From assembly GCA_963796965.1 (NCBI GenBank), contig CAWCNS010000008.1, positions 128,001 through 192,000 of the forward strand: 64,000 nucleotides of DNA, in the 5' to 3' direction. The DNA comes from Calditrichia bacterium (GTDB taxonomy: Bacteria; Calditrichota; Calditrichia; JAJRVZ01). The notes under the pieces are model-generated. The model was not told where the DNA came from. It saw nothing but the letters and a program-made list of their open reading frames with translations, and made no database searches. Positions within the stretch are counted from its first letter, which is position 1. The number at the start of each line of letters is the position of its first letter. A program made the position numbers and the translations under genes. Shown here in pieces: positions 32,458 through 44,526 of the stretch.

Positions 32458-32831
32458 ATCACCTCCTAGTTTGAAATCCCATAGTATCAAAACAACCACA
32501 GAATCCACAGAGTAAATATTAAATATTTATTGATTTAAACATATTTCTTCTATACTACTTATAATTAATGATCATAAAACTAATTCTCAATCTTATCACA
32601 TCTATTAATAAAATACGGGGTGTTTTCAGCGCTTTCTTGGAATGATCTCTAATTCTTTTTCATTAATAGATACTAGTTGCGCTACGGTTTCCAGGGGCTC
32701 GAAACCAAAGTTTTATATACCAATTATTTAAATTTCGAATACTGATTTTTTGAATCACATATTGCTCGTCACGTTCTCTGAGCAACACAAAATCCTAAAC
32801 GTGATTTCATTCTACTGGACCTACTTCATTG

Positions 32832-34278
32832 TTATGTTTTTGCTTTTGTACTTTTCTCCTCAGTTAATTCTGTAGCAATTTTCTTCAACAAAGTTTCATT
32901 ATAGCGCACCTTATACTTTTTTCTCAATTCATCGATCAAGTCATTTCTTCTATCATTCAGACGATCATTCCGCAATTCAAACTTTACACTTTTCTCTACA
33001 TCCTTATATTCCCCGCTCCATTTATCGCGATTATTTTCGTAATACTGCCTCGCATCAGCATCGCTTACCGTAACTTTTTGTCCGATTTCTTTATTTAAAT
33101 ATATTGTCAATAATAATTTATTTTCTTTGTTCACTAATTTATCTTTAATCATGACATTCTGCTCTACGCCCTTCTGAAGCGCATCAAGATAGAGTAGATT
33201 TTCACCAATATATTCATCTACCAGCATTTCCAGATCTCTTTGTTTAATTACACGTATTTGCATAAATTGCACACCTTTATTGAAGCTTGAGATGAAACTC
33301 GACAGAGAGATCTTATCGTGATTAATTTCTAGAAAAGTAGCATTTAAATCTGATGCTTTAATTTTGTTTTTATCAATCCTACCCCGATGATTCTCTAGGC
33401 AAGAAAGATGAGACCATTGTTGGGAAAAATTCTTTATTAACGGATACCGGATATTTATTTTTCAATTCTTCTATAATCTGTTTTTTATTTTCAAATTTCA
33501 TCAATACATGCAGCTGTTTATTCAACTCACTTACCAGTCCATCATAAGAAGGCAATCCTGTATTTTTTCTTTTACGATTCACGCGCAGGATCGACCAGAT
33601 GGGACTTGTGAATACAGGCCTACTGACCTGCCCTTCTTTCAGTTCGGATAATTTGGGCATAAGTTCAGGATGGAGGCCCTCACCATAAGACACATTCTTT
33701 AATTGAGTAAGTTTTGGAAAAACTGGACCTCCCTCTTTATTCGGGTCAGTTACCTTGCTACCAGATAAGAGAAACCTATACATTGAGTCGGCCATACTGT
33801 ATGAATTTGCCAGGACAAGGTCAACATCATAAATAACTGATTTTTGCTTATAAAAATCCTTTAGCTCCTTTTCGGAGATGTTCAAGTTTTCAATGTACAA
33901 AGGATGAACACCAGCAATTAAATCAACCCTATAATCTTTTATCGATTGCTGGAATGAATTATCATTCTGTAACCCCAGATCGCGGGCATGGGCAACAAAT
34001 AAATAATCGGGCTCCAATTTTTCTTCGATAAAGGTTTTTAATATCTCCGGCGTAAAAACTCTATCTTTTTTATATTCATTAGTTAGCTGATACCGGCGCA
34101 CAAAGACGCCCTCTCTCAATCCAACATCATTTATTTGCAAGACATTCTCATTGCTGATACTTACTTCTTCGCTGCAGCTAGTTATAAAGGAAGAGATGAA
34201 TAACAACAAAAGTACTGTTAGAAGGGAAAATACATTCATAGATATACTAATTCTTTTAATTTTAATCTTTATAATCAA
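32832..34278 (-). CDS. Lipoprotein, SurA/PrsA PPIase-like; one frameshift at a G4 run (~33382-33385)
   Basis: Lipobox ITSC; LKEGQVSRPV parvulin-like motif; removing one G joins ORF 33379-34278 via GRIDKNKIKASDLN...FNKG to 32832-33272 (VTVSDADARQYYENN). Confidence 0.65.
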
Positions 34279-34285
34279 AAATTAT

Positions 34286-34318
34286 AAAAAAGACGGGCAA
34301 AATTCAGCCCGTCTTTTT
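34286..34318. terminator. Intrinsic terminator (bidirectional type) after the 670 aa T9SS cargo gene
   Basis: aaaaaaGACGGGC-aaaattca-GCCCGTCttttt. Confidence 0.8.
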
Positions 34319-34340
34319 AAGGTAAAGCATGTCAGAGAGA

Positions 34341-36353
34341 TTACTTATTGAGCAACATCTTCATTATTTTAGATCCGGCGTTTGATTTCAATTGATAGAA
34401 ATAGATACCGGAAGAGACTCTCTTACCAGCAGAATTTTTTCCATCCCATACCACGTCATAAGAACCGGCAGCCATTTTACTATCAACCAGTACTTTGACT
34501 TTCTGACCTAAAACATTATAAATATCAATTGATACGTTACCAGCAGGTACCGTAAAATTGATGGTCGTTGTCGGATTGAAAGGATTTGGATAATTCTGTG
34601 CCAGGTTAAATTCTCCTGGAACCTGATTAGTTTTCTCAATATTGGTATATACCGACAGATCAAAATCCTGATAGACGACTTCTACCTGATCCTGATCCAT
34701 ATCTCTGATCGGAACTGAGAAGTGTGCTCCACCTTCAGTCCAGAAGACATAATTATTTTCATAATCATCTACATAACATAGATTTCTGTCGCGACCTGGC
34801 CAGTCATCACGGTAGTACATCGTGTGAATTTTGTTATCAATGATATCCTGATAGACAGAAACTGTCTGCTCACCCACACCAGGAGTATTGGTTAGGTTAA
34901 TCGGAGCCGACCATGTTCCACCCATCATATAACTCATCTTAAGGTCAGTGGTAAAGGAAAAATATTGAGGACCAAATGCAATAGAAGTATCAGTTAGAAT
35001 TGTAACCGGAGCGTCCATTTCTTCCCATACGACTACCATATCGGGTTCGCCAGCTTGTGGATTCTTGTTAGCAACCAGGTCAAAGTTGGCAATAATTTGA
35101 TCATCATAGTTTTTGCCCCAGTTTCCTGCACCGCCACTATCAAACTCAGCATAACTCCACCATTTGTACTCTTCACCGGATTTTGGATATTCACTCACGG
35201 CTAATGTGGTTATCGTATTGGATGTATTATTCCAATAGAGCAACTGCGGTTTGGGATGTGTGCTGCCATCATAAAAACAAGCATTCGTGTCACCCACGCA
35301 GGCTGAAGAATGGTCCCGCCACCAGTTATCAGCTGCGGCATCCACGCCTGGAAAATAACTAACAGTATCTACGTAAACATCAATCCAAGCGGCATCAAAA
35401 ACCATATGCAGTTTACCCATACTATCATAAGAAAGCTGAAGGTCACAGTACGGTTTCGGATCGTCGTTCGGAATATTGGTACCTTCTCTCATGCCGAGTG
35501 TATCATAGAGTAAAATGACAGTACCATCTGTAAAACCTGTTCCCCAGTCATCTGGCCAAAGCTCACCACCAAATAAACCGCGGGTTACTTCTACCTGACG
35601 TCTGGCATGAAGTCCGGCAACGGCTACTTCCGATCCATCCGGAGAAATAGCCAGATCAGCACCCGAGGTTTGCGTGTTCATGTATCCTGCATACCAATCA
35701 TTTGGACTCATTCCAGGTACGTTAGCACCCTCATCCTTACCATAGAAATTATAGATCTCACCAAAGTTTGTACCATCGAAATTCCAGTAGGCAAGATGGT
35801 TACCGTTTGGCGTTGTTAGTATACAATGAGCGATACCATTTGTATTATCAACTTCCATAGCAAAAGGATTACAGTAGTTTGCACCACCATAATAAGCACC
35901 GTCTTCCTGAACACCAAGCGGATCAATACCTGTACCGGCTTCATTCACTTTGGCCATGGCTTGAAAGTGATGTTCCGGACCATAGTTGTAAAAGCGGCTA
36001 CCCACACCATACATCATGTACACGGGTGCACCATGTCCACCATCAATAAAAGCAACTGCGGGTTGGACCGGCTTTTCTGGTTGTTGAGAAGGAACGTCAA
36101 TTTTGATACCATCAGTAACATTTGCATATATTACTTGATGACCGGTATCAGCTTCGGTAACCCAGGTTTTATTATAAACAATATGGACTTTACCCTGATC
36201 ATCGACGCAAATCTGCTGACCGAGTGTTCCTACATACCAATAGTATTGAAAATCTGTGCCGACTGAATCGACCACAACCGCGTCACCGGCTAAAAGGCTG
36301 CCTGAAAAAAGGATCAGCATGGCAACCATGGTAATAAAAGTAAATTTCTTCAT
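34341..36353 (-). CDS. Secreted T9SS type A sorting domain-containing protein, function unknown
   Basis: 670 aa; signal peptide; C-terminal FNLAQNYPNPFNPTTTINF...IYNVLGQKVKVL...WDGKN...SSGIYFYQL; AGGAG RBS. Confidence 0.85.
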   Translation of the reverse strand: MKKFTFITMVAMLILFSGSLLAGDAVVVDSVGTDFQYYWYVGTLGQQICVDDQGKVHIVYNKTWVTEADTGHQVIYANVTDGIKIDVPSQQPEKPVQPAVAFIDGGHGAPVYMMYGVGSRFYNYGPEHHFQAMAKVNEAGTGIDPLGVQEDGAYYGGANYCNPFAMEVDNTNGIAHCILTTPNGNHLAYWNFDGTNFGEIYNFYGKDEGANVPGMSPNDWYAGYMNTQTSGADLAISPDGSEVAVAGLHARRQVEVTRGLFGGELWPDDWGTGFTDGTVILLYDTLGMREGTNIPNDDPKPYCDLQLSYDSMGKLHMVFDAAWIDVYVDTVSYFPGVDAAADNWWRDHSSACVGDTNACFYDGSTHPKPQLLYWNNTSNTITTLAVSEYPKSGEEYKWWSYAEFDSGGAGNWGKNYDDQIIANFDLVANKNPQAGEPDMVVVWEEMDAPVTILTDTSIAFGPQYFSFTTDLKMSYMMGGTWSAPINLTNTPGVGEQTVSVYQDIIDNKIHTMYYRDDWPGRDRNLCYVDDYENNYVFWTEGGAHFSVPIRDMDQDQVEVVYQDFDLSVYTNIEKTNQVPGEFNLAQNYPNPFNPTTTINFTVPAGNVSIDIYNVLGQKVKVLVDSKMAAGSYDVVWDGKNSAGKRVSSGIYFYQLKSNAGSKIMKMLLNK

Positions 36354-37144
36354 TTGTCACTCCTAATTTGATCAACTTACAATTTTAGTCAGTAAAAAAT
36401 AAATTAAGATTTTTTTTGAGATTCACCTCCTCCCATATTTTGTTTAAGATGAATATTCGAAATGTCTCTTAAAATAATTAAGGAATCACAGGACAATTCC
36501 TGCACTTACTGCCCAGGCATCACGCATCCTTTCTTGTTTTATTAACTTTTAAATGGATTTATTGCATTAAAACTTCAGATTCATGAAACAGGGAATCAGG
36601 CCGAGCCCCACAGCCGATCAAATATTGTATATAATTTACAAATACTAAAATCTAAAATTGGTGACATTTTGCACATTTGAGAAAGAAAACACTTTTTTAG
36701 TCAAATATTGTCGATTTAACGAATCTAAAACATTTTTTTAATGGATTCGAAATACCCTGAAGATTTCATTTCTGTATTTTTAGTTTAAACGGTTCCGGAG
36801 ATTGGTACATTATGTGGATGAGATTAAAGATAACATTGCCATTTAAGTGAATTAATAAGCGATAATTGCCAGTAATTATTTTCACTTAGACTATCTCTTT
36901 TATGTACCTAAAAGGTTGAAAATACGTTTATTTTTATATAAAAAAAACTAACCAAATATATAGAGTAAAATATAATATGTCAATAAAAATTTTAAATATA
37001 TTATGTCCACAATAACACTTTTGGATAATATTCAATACCCAAATACAATGAAAATCATTTTTTCCTAATAAAAAAATCAATTCGTGTAATTTCATTGCGT
37101 ATTTGTGCATCATTTGACATTGAATTTGGACATTTGACATTGAT

Positions 37145-39121
37145 TTATTTAATAACAATCTCATCTATAAATATCCATGCTTTTCCACCGCTGCCGTGAT
37201 GCCAGTCCGGACAGATTCCAATATTATCAGCCTTAACCCGTATATAGCGAATCGATCTCGTTGGATTTATTCTCGTTAAAAAGTCTCTCACGCTTGCCTG
37301 GGGCCGAAGTTCAACCTTTGTATCAATCCTATCAATTACGTCAAAATAATTACCGTCTTTTGAAGTGGCTATTTCAATACCCGTTGGCCAAAAAATCCAG
37401 GCCATCTGATTGTCAAGAAACCCGACTTCAATCTGGTTAATCTTTGTGTAATCCCCAAGATCGATTACTACTTCAAAATCGCTTCCTTCATATCCCTGCC
37501 AGGTGCCATCCGTATAATCTGTAGTCCCCTTAATACCATCGAGAAGCGCCCCATCCCCACCACCATTATACTTAACATGATAGGTGGAATTTAATAATGC
37601 TTTTTGACCTTTACCGAGATGTGATACTTTTTGCTTTTTCTGATTACCAATTCTTCCTGGTTCCCGGACCTTTTTTCCCCTTACTCCGGTAAGCATATCA
37701 CCGATTTCTTCTCGGAAATTGTCGGCTAAAATACTTAATCTTTTAACAATATCACCATGATCTATGGCAAGATTAGTCGTTTCGCTGATATCCTTCTCCA
37801 GATCATACAGTTCCAAACCGCTCGTTCCATAATTGTATGGCCCGGGGTAACCATTCATCCCTGGCTCGACATTCTTGTAAGAACGGTATTTATGTGGGAA
37901 TACCAATTTCCACTTTCCCTGACGCACAGCAACTAATTCGCCACCATAATAAAATAAGTAATGATCCCGGATATTCTGATCCTTTTTACCCTGCATGAGT
38001 GGATATATATTAAGTCCATCGATCTCTCTTTCAGGCAACGGAGCTTTTGTGATAGCGGCAAGGGTTGGAAGGATATCAATGGTCGCTGCCATCTGATCAC
38101 AATCTCTACCGGCTGGAATTTTACCTGGCCAGCGCATAATACAGGGTACCCGTGCACCACCTTCCCACATGGTTCCCTTCCCTTCCCTAAGAGGTAGGGC
38201 GGACCCGGCATGATTACCATAATTCATCCAGGGCCCATTATCACTAGCAAAGATAACCAGGGTATTTTCTTCCAGATTATATTTTTCTAAGGTTTTAAGA
38301 ATTTCTCCCACGGACCAGTCTATTTCCATTATCACATCACCATACATACCCTGCTTACTCTTACCCTTAAATTTGTTTGATACGCCCAAAGGCACGTGGG
38401 GCATGGAATGTGGCAGATACAGAAAGAAAGGCGAATCCTTATTTTTTTCAATAAATTTGATGGCACGTTCCGTATAGCGGGTGGTTAAAGTCGCCTGATC
38501 ATCGAGCGTTTGAATTTCTGCAATTTTTTCATTTCCTTCAATTAAAGGCAATACGGGATAGCGTGACTTCCAAGGTTTTGATCCTTTATTCTCCGCTGTG
38601 ATCGGTGTGCCATCGTAGTCAACCGGCCACATATCATTGGAATAGGGCAAACCAAAATATTCATCGAACCCCTGCTGTAGAGGTAGAAACTCCTTATAGT
38701 GACCCAGATGCCATTTCCCAAATATACCGGTCGCATATCCCCTTTTCTTTAGCATATCAGCTATTGTCTCTTCTTCAGGGTTCAATCCAAACTGTGACCA
38801 TGAATTTAAAGCCCCCTGAATACTTACACGCTCGGCATAACAACCGGTCATGAGTGAAGCACGGGAAGCACTGCAAACCGCCTGCGAAACATAAAAGTTT
38901 GTGAAGCGCATGCCTTCAGAAGCCATATTATCCAGATTCGGTGTGGCAAAGTCTTTCGCTCCATATACCCCAACATCTGCATAACCCTGATCATCGGTAA
39001 AGATGATGACGATATTGGGTAGTTTATCTTTATCTTTACCACATTGAAATGAAAATAAAATAGAGATTATGATTAGTAAAACATTACCTACCAGCATTGG
39101 TCCTTTAGATTTTTTTGTCAT
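37145..39121 (-). CDS. Formylglycine-dependent sulfatase (S1) with C-terminal F5/8-type-C-like domain, probable lipoprotein
   Basis: PNIVIIFTDDQGY, CSASRASLMTG (CxxxR), GKWHLG, SDNG. Confidence 0.92.
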   Translation of the reverse strand: MTKKSKGPMLVGNVLLIIISILFSFQCGKDKDKLPNIVIIFTDDQGYADVGVYGAKDFATPNLDNMASEGMRFTNFYVSQAVCSASRASLMTGCYAERVSIQGALNSWSQFGLNPEEETIADMLKKRGYATGIFGKWHLGHYKEFLPLQQGFDEYFGLPYSNDMWPVDYDGTPITAENKGSKPWKSRYPVLPLIEGNEKIAEIQTLDDQATLTTRYTERAIKFIEKNKDSPFFLYLPHSMPHVPLGVSNKFKGKSKQGMYGDVIMEIDWSVGEILKTLEKYNLEENTLVIFASDNGPWMNYGNHAGSALPLREGKGTMWEGGARVPCIMRWPGKIPAGRDCDQMAATIDILPTLAAITKAPLPEREIDGLNIYPLMQGKKDQNIRDHYLFYYGGELVAVRQGKWKLVFPHKYRSYKNVEPGMNGYPGPYNYGTSGLELYDLEKDISETTNLAIDHGDIVKRLSILADNFREEIGDMLTGVRGKKVREPGRIGNQKKQKVSHLGKGQKALLNSTYHVKYNGGGDGALLDGIKGTTDYTDGTWQGYEGSDFEVVIDLGDYTKINQIEVGFLDNQMAWIFWPTGIEIATSKDGNYFDVIDRIDTKVELRPQASVRDFLTRINPTRSIRYIRVKADNIGICPDWHHGSGGKAWIFIDEIVIK

Positions 39122-39228
39122 ATCAACCTTTACAAGTTATCGGTTTATGGTAAGTTCAGAGATTCTATGCTCCCCCTCCGGGCGAGCTACTGGCCTCTGA
39201 CCATTCAGATTTTTAAAAGATAAAAGAT

Positions 39229-39495
39229 TTACCACAAAGGTCATCTAAGACTGCACTAAGATCACAAAGTTTTTATGAAGAACCTTTATTTTTTGTACTT
39301 TATGCCTTACTTTACGTTCCTTAATGATTAAAAATCTAGATTACAATTAATTATATCTTTTCAGTAAATCAAGACTAAGTTTATATATGAATTAAATCAT
39401 AAACATTTTTTAGCATGACCCACCAAGTAGGTGGGACAGAGGTAAATGATTCAGTGATGGGATTCAAATCTAATTCTCTCAGTGCCTCTGTGATT
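39229..39495. repeat. Degenerate inverted short-repeat elements (CACAAAG/CACTAAG type) in the intergenic region
   Basis: ttaccacaaaggtcatctaagactgcactaagatcacaaag ... tttgtactttatgccttactttacgttccttaatg; ...gacagagg...ctcagtgcctctgtg. Confidence 0.45.
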
Positions 39496-39559
39496 TCAAT
39501 CTTAATCCATCTTCTCAGACTTTTACACTCTTAAGTAATAACAAATACTTACCTACGCA

Positions 39560-42215
39560 TCAGAACTGTACTTCTATTACCTTGCTATTATCTTTTGGTC
39601 CCGATTTGATTCCTTTTATGACCTCCCACTTATTCTTGTCCGGATCACCAATCTTTATTGTATAACTTCCACTTTTAAATACTCGGGGTTGAAAAGAATC
39701 ACCCGAAATTCGCAAAGAGTAGACAATTTCGTCAGTTTTCTCTTCAATCACCTGGATCACCGTCTGCTGCATTCCCTGAAGTTTTACCTCTGGAAGCCAG
39801 CTATGAGCCTTACGTTTATAGTTATCCTCTTGATTAAACCTAACAGGCCAACCCGGATACTGCTTGGCATTCTTTGAGGAAGGATCTACCCAACGGGGCC
39901 AGCATTCAACAAGAATATCCCGGGATGATTTATTGAATCGTACGATGCCATAGCCCGTCGCACGGTCGTATAATCGCGATGGTTTTTTACCCGTATAATA
40001 AGGGTTGGAGACAGCATGCACCGTAATTTTATTTCCAAAACCATCTTTAAAATCACCCGTATACTTCGGCGCTCCTGGGAGTTGATTCTTACCGGATTGA
40101 ACCGGAAACCATCGTCGGGGCCAAACATTAGATATGGCGGGCACACAAAAGGCATATCCCGCATCCCCAAAGTCATCAATACCATATTGGACCGTGCTTC
40201 CCAAATGCTGGTCTCCGGCAATATGAAAGGCAAAACCCCTGCGCATCTCTCTTAATGCTTTATTGCGACCTGTCTGCGGCCAGCCATTAGAATCCATATC
40301 AGATACCGGAATATCATCCGGCGGATAATCCCCTGGCTCCAATATTCTCAACCTCGGTACTATGACATCTGAGGTAGCGTCTTCTTTTGGCAGCGTGGCG
40401 ACATTGGCAAAGATCGTTTGCGATAATACGGTTTTCATCCATGTATTCGCGGACCAGTCTGAGGCCCATTCTTTTAAAAACTGAAGTTGACGGTCGCCGA
40501 GTAAAACCGCTCCTTTTACATCACCCTCTTTCTCAGCATCAAAATTTTTATTTCGTGCCCAACCATTAATGACTTTTGCTTTTGGTAATGTCGGTTTTGG
40601 CGCCGATTTAAACTTTCGGTCTTCTTAGTACGGCAAAACTCATTCCCGCGTAATTAATGCTGCAGAAATAAACGCCGATGTTTTGTGCAGCCGGAGTAGG
40701 ATCATCAGGCTGCGGCAAATGACTGGTCTGTGTCCGCTGCACCATGTTCACCCATTCAGGAGGCATTTTGTATCCACCAGCATCTTGAGCATCTTGACCA
40801 AATAATGCCGGGGCAGCAATCCCACCTGCTCCCCAGATATTTCCATGATAGACATCGTGATCATCGGGGATGGCCACGGTCGGACGATCCCGCATTAAAT
40901 CGCCATACGCCCAGCCATAAAGATACCATTTGCGGAGATAGTCTAATGCAGCCTTATCCAGGGGTGATCGCTCGGTGCTATAACCAGCTACTCCTTCATA
41001 GATCTGGTCACCAGAAAAAAATAAAAAATCCGGGTCATGATATTTTACGGCTTGAACTAGTTCATTATTTGGAAAACCAAGGTCATTGTTCCCTGTAAAT
41101 CCGGCTACAACAAATTCATTTTTATCCCAGGGCTCCTTGCGGATGGTACCTTCCCAATAATGGCTCTTACTTTCTATAGTACCATGGGTGAAATTATAAT
41201 TCAATCGATAAGGTATATCTTCTTTTGTATTCCATTCTTTTATTTCAAATGTCGCGGTCCTTGCCAAACCATCTATTTCCGATTCTGCGAGGGTTACCCA
41301 TTCTCCTGATTTATAAATCTCAAACTTTACCTTTTTTCCATCAGATTCACCAACCGGCATTAATTGGGCCGTTATCCTTAGAACACCTTTATTCAGGGTA
41401 TATTGTGAGAATAGAATAGGGCCAAGTTCTCTTTCTCTGAATTCTTTTACTTTACTTCCCGATATCTCCCAGTCCCGGAACCAGAATCGAACATTCCCCC
41501 CTCTGGCTGTCCCGGGCCTACCCCCCCATGGTGAATACGTGCCCTTAGAGTCTTTCTCATCCCATTTAGGGCGTTCGCCATGGCTACAAACCAGGGCAAT
41601 CCCACCATTTAGCCAATCTTTTTCAATTCCTTTGCGGACCAGGCTAGCCATCTCAGATCCAGTCTGATCAAGAACAGAAAGTGTCAGTTGATATCCGCCA
41701 TCCCCCGGAAGACAGTTGAGATTTAGTCTGATATCATTGAGAGAAATATCCAATCCTTCACTGGAATCGACATCATTACCAATGAATAATTTTCCAGCAG
41801 TAGTAATACCCAGAGGAAAGCCATTCCCCCGCACGGCATTATCACGATAGTCATCAAATATCCCCCGGACACCTATTTTAAATCCGATCCAGCCCTGATC
41901 AAGATCCTCAGTTTTCTCAATATTTCCCGCAAGAACACTCATTTCAAAAGAACCGGGATCCGCGATGAGTTCATGTGTCAACAGAAAAACGTTCCGATCG
42001 CCACCACTGGCAGCACATTCAATGCGCCCGCCATCTAACTGCCAGTCTTGTAAAGGATTTGCCCAAAATTCAGGTCCAAGCCAAACACGATCGATTTTAG
42101 AAGAAAATTCACTTTTGAATGAATCTCCGGACTGACATCCAAAAATAAATATAGAAAACAACATCAATAAAAAGGAGGATGTCAAATTACATACATGATC
42201 TTTCGTTTTCTTCAT
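39560..42215 (-). CDS. PhoD-like (alkaline phosphatase D family) metallophosphatase lipoprotein; one frameshift at ~40625
   Basis: Lipobox IFGC; FFSGDQIYE, PDDHDVYHGN and IAGDQH metal motifs; removing one A joins the two ORFs via EDRKFKSAPK...LLGDRQLQFLKEW. Confidence 0.8.
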
Positions 42216-42615
42216 ATTAATGCACCTTTTCTTATAGTATATAACTCAGGATAACGACGAATTATAAGTAGCAGGCCGACGGCTTTGATGTGCTCATGCA
42301 TCTATCAGACTGGATCAATATGTGATCCAATCGGCTTAATAATTTTATTGTATGGTTTTATTTAATATTTATATTGATAAGTTCAATCTTTAAGTAAAGA
42401 TGAGTGACTAAATAAATTTTCAAAAATTCATCACTCTCGTTTATAAAAACATTTACGAGTTCTTCAAGAATTGTTGCAACTTACAATTCGTATTCAATCT
42501 TTTTCAGAAAAATACGGTCTAATGCAATGGATTGATTTGCGAGAGATAAGTTTATTACCCCTTCATTTGCGTCGTAGACTGTAAATATGAAAATACGTGT
42601 ATATTTGCTTTTATA

Positions 42616-44484
42616 TTATAAACGGTAGGGTTTATTGGCCTGAAACAATCTCTGCAATGCTTCGAACTTCTTATAATAATCTTCAGCATTGTTCATTCGC
42701 AATTTAATCAAATTGTCATTAACTATTTTTAAAGCGTTATCAAAGTCCTTTAATTCAGCAAATGTAACTGCCACAGTCATCGCAGACCTTAATTCCTGGT
42801 CTTCTGTAAATTTGCGCATTATTAATAGTCTTTCCGCAAATTCCATAAGCTTTTGCCCATTGCGGAAACGTGGATTTGGACAGGCCGCCAAAACCCAGGC
42901 ATAACGTTCGATATAATCTATATGATTGGGTGTAATGTTTAATGTCGTATTAAAATGTTTTAATGCCCTTTTCCAATCGCGCAAATTAATATAATAATTT
43001 CCTAGTTCCAGATTTATAGAAACATCTGTAGGATGGGCTTGCAGATATTTACGATAAAATTCGATAGATTTTGTTGCATTCTTTTGTGCCCGCCAAAGCC
43101 TGCCTCGAAGCAATAAACCTGCTTCGTTATTAGGATCAATCTTCTCAGCAAGGGATAGTTGTTCCGCTGCTTCGTTATATTTTCTCAGGTAAATGAGAAT
43201 TCGTGCCAGTTCAATTTTAATGTGCGGATTATCTGGTTTAGTGACAATTAAATTTTTGCAATAATCCACGGCTTTTTGAAAATCTTTCAAATTTCGGAGG
43301 ATCGTCACATATTCTAAATGTGCCCCAATGGATTCCGGATTTATAGTTTTGATCTGTTGTATTACATGAAGGGCTAACTTGTACTGCTCTCGGGAAATGA
43401 GAAATCTTGTCATTTCTAATAGTTTGCTTTCATCAAATCTGAACATTTTACTGAAAACTTCGCCATAGGCTTCCACTCCCTCTCTCTGGTGCAAGTCGAC
43501 AGAGAGTTTTAGTAATTTAGTCAGAACCTCTTTGTCTTCAGGTTTATATTCAATAATTCGACTGTTTAAGGTAGCAGCCCAATCGTCGTTTTGGCTCCTA
43601 ATAGCAAGGTCAATTTGTTTAAGTATAAAATCAATTTTACGTGAGTAAAAGATAAGGTCATCGAATATGATGTCCGCTGGAGGAAGATAACTATCAAAAT
43701 CACCAGAGCGAAAGACATAAAAGTTTGCATTATCATGGTCACCTAACTCAAAATATACCTGGCTCAGTAAACGATATGCTGAGCCAAAAGTAGGATAAGA
43801 TTTAATCAAGGCGGTTAATGTATGGCGCGCTTTATCATGGTTTCCCTGCTGCAACTCAGTGCGACCTAATTTGAGAGAAGCGTACGCTTTTAAGGGAAAA
43901 GCGCCTTTGTTAGAAAGTTTGATATTGGAGGTTGAGTGTAAAATGAAAGGCTGCTTCGCAAGTACCTGGTTAAAAGCATGTAATGCTTCTTTATACGCGT
44001 TTTGTTTAAGGTAAGCATTGCCAAGGCGAAACCAGGCCTGAGTAACATCCGGATTTATTTCAAGTACTTCTTTCAAGTTGGTAATAGTACTTTGAACGTC
44101 ACCCAATTCTTCATTAAGGAGGGCCAGGTTATATAACCAACGCCATTCTCTGCGATTTAGATTCAAGGCCCGGCTATAGCAACGTACAGCTTCTTCATAA
44201 AAAAAGTTAGCATGGAAAGTCATGCCCAACCGACCAATCGATGAAGCGGATTCAGGGTTTTCCAACGCGGCTGAATGCATTTTTTTGATATAATTCTCAA
44301 ATACTTTGGATTGCCCTGCAAGATCGGGTATTTGAGGAATATAGAGCGTGTTCTTCCAATTGGAAAACAATGAATAAACAATCCAAATCAATATTATTGT
44401 AGTTAGCGATAATCCTGATACTACGAAAATAACCTTATTATTTTTTTTCTTTTTACTCTGTTTTTTGGGATTTGTTTTTTTCAT
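42616..44484 (-). CDS. Tetratricopeptide repeat protein with N-terminal membrane anchor
   Basis: Repeated TPR helices (AWFRLGNAYLKQNAYKEALHAF and others); AWVLAACPNPRFRNG motif. Confidence 0.85.
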   Translation of the reverse strand: MKKTNPKKQSKKKKNNKVIFVVSGLSLTTIILIWIVYSLFSNWKNTLYIPQIPDLAGQSKVFENYIKKMHSAALENPESASSIGRLGMTFHANFFYEEAVRCYSRALNLNRREWRWLYNLALLNEELGDVQSTITNLKEVLEINPDVTQAWFRLGNAYLKQNAYKEALHAFNQVLAKQPFILHSTSNIKLSNKGAFPLKAYASLKLGRTELQQGNHDKARHTLTALIKSYPTFGSAYRLLSQVYFELGDHDNANFYVFRSGDFDSYLPPADIIFDDLIFYSRKIDFILKQIDLAIRSQNDDWAATLNSRIIEYKPEDKEVLTKLLKLSVDLHQREGVEAYGEVFSKMFRFDESKLLEMTRFLISREQYKLALHVIQQIKTINPESIGAHLEYVTILRNLKDFQKAVDYCKNLIVTKPDNPHIKIELARILIYLRKYNEAAEQLSLAEKIDPNNEAGLLLRGRLWRAQKNATKSIEFYRKYLQAHPTDVSINLELGNYYINLRDWKRALKHFNTTLNITPNHIDYIERYAWVLAACPNPRFRNGQKLMEFAERLLIMRKFTEDQELRSAMTVAVTFAELKDFDNALKIVNDNLIKLRMNNAEDYYKKFEALQRLFQANKPYRL

Positions 44485-44526
44485 TATTCAACAGAAGCTT
44501 TTTGAGTATTGCCTATGAATTTGTTT

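Noticed and set aside
36934..37164. 76 aa ORF downstream of the sulfatase
   Set aside because: AT-rich intergenic sequence containing short TTTGACATT repeats; no recognisable protein features.
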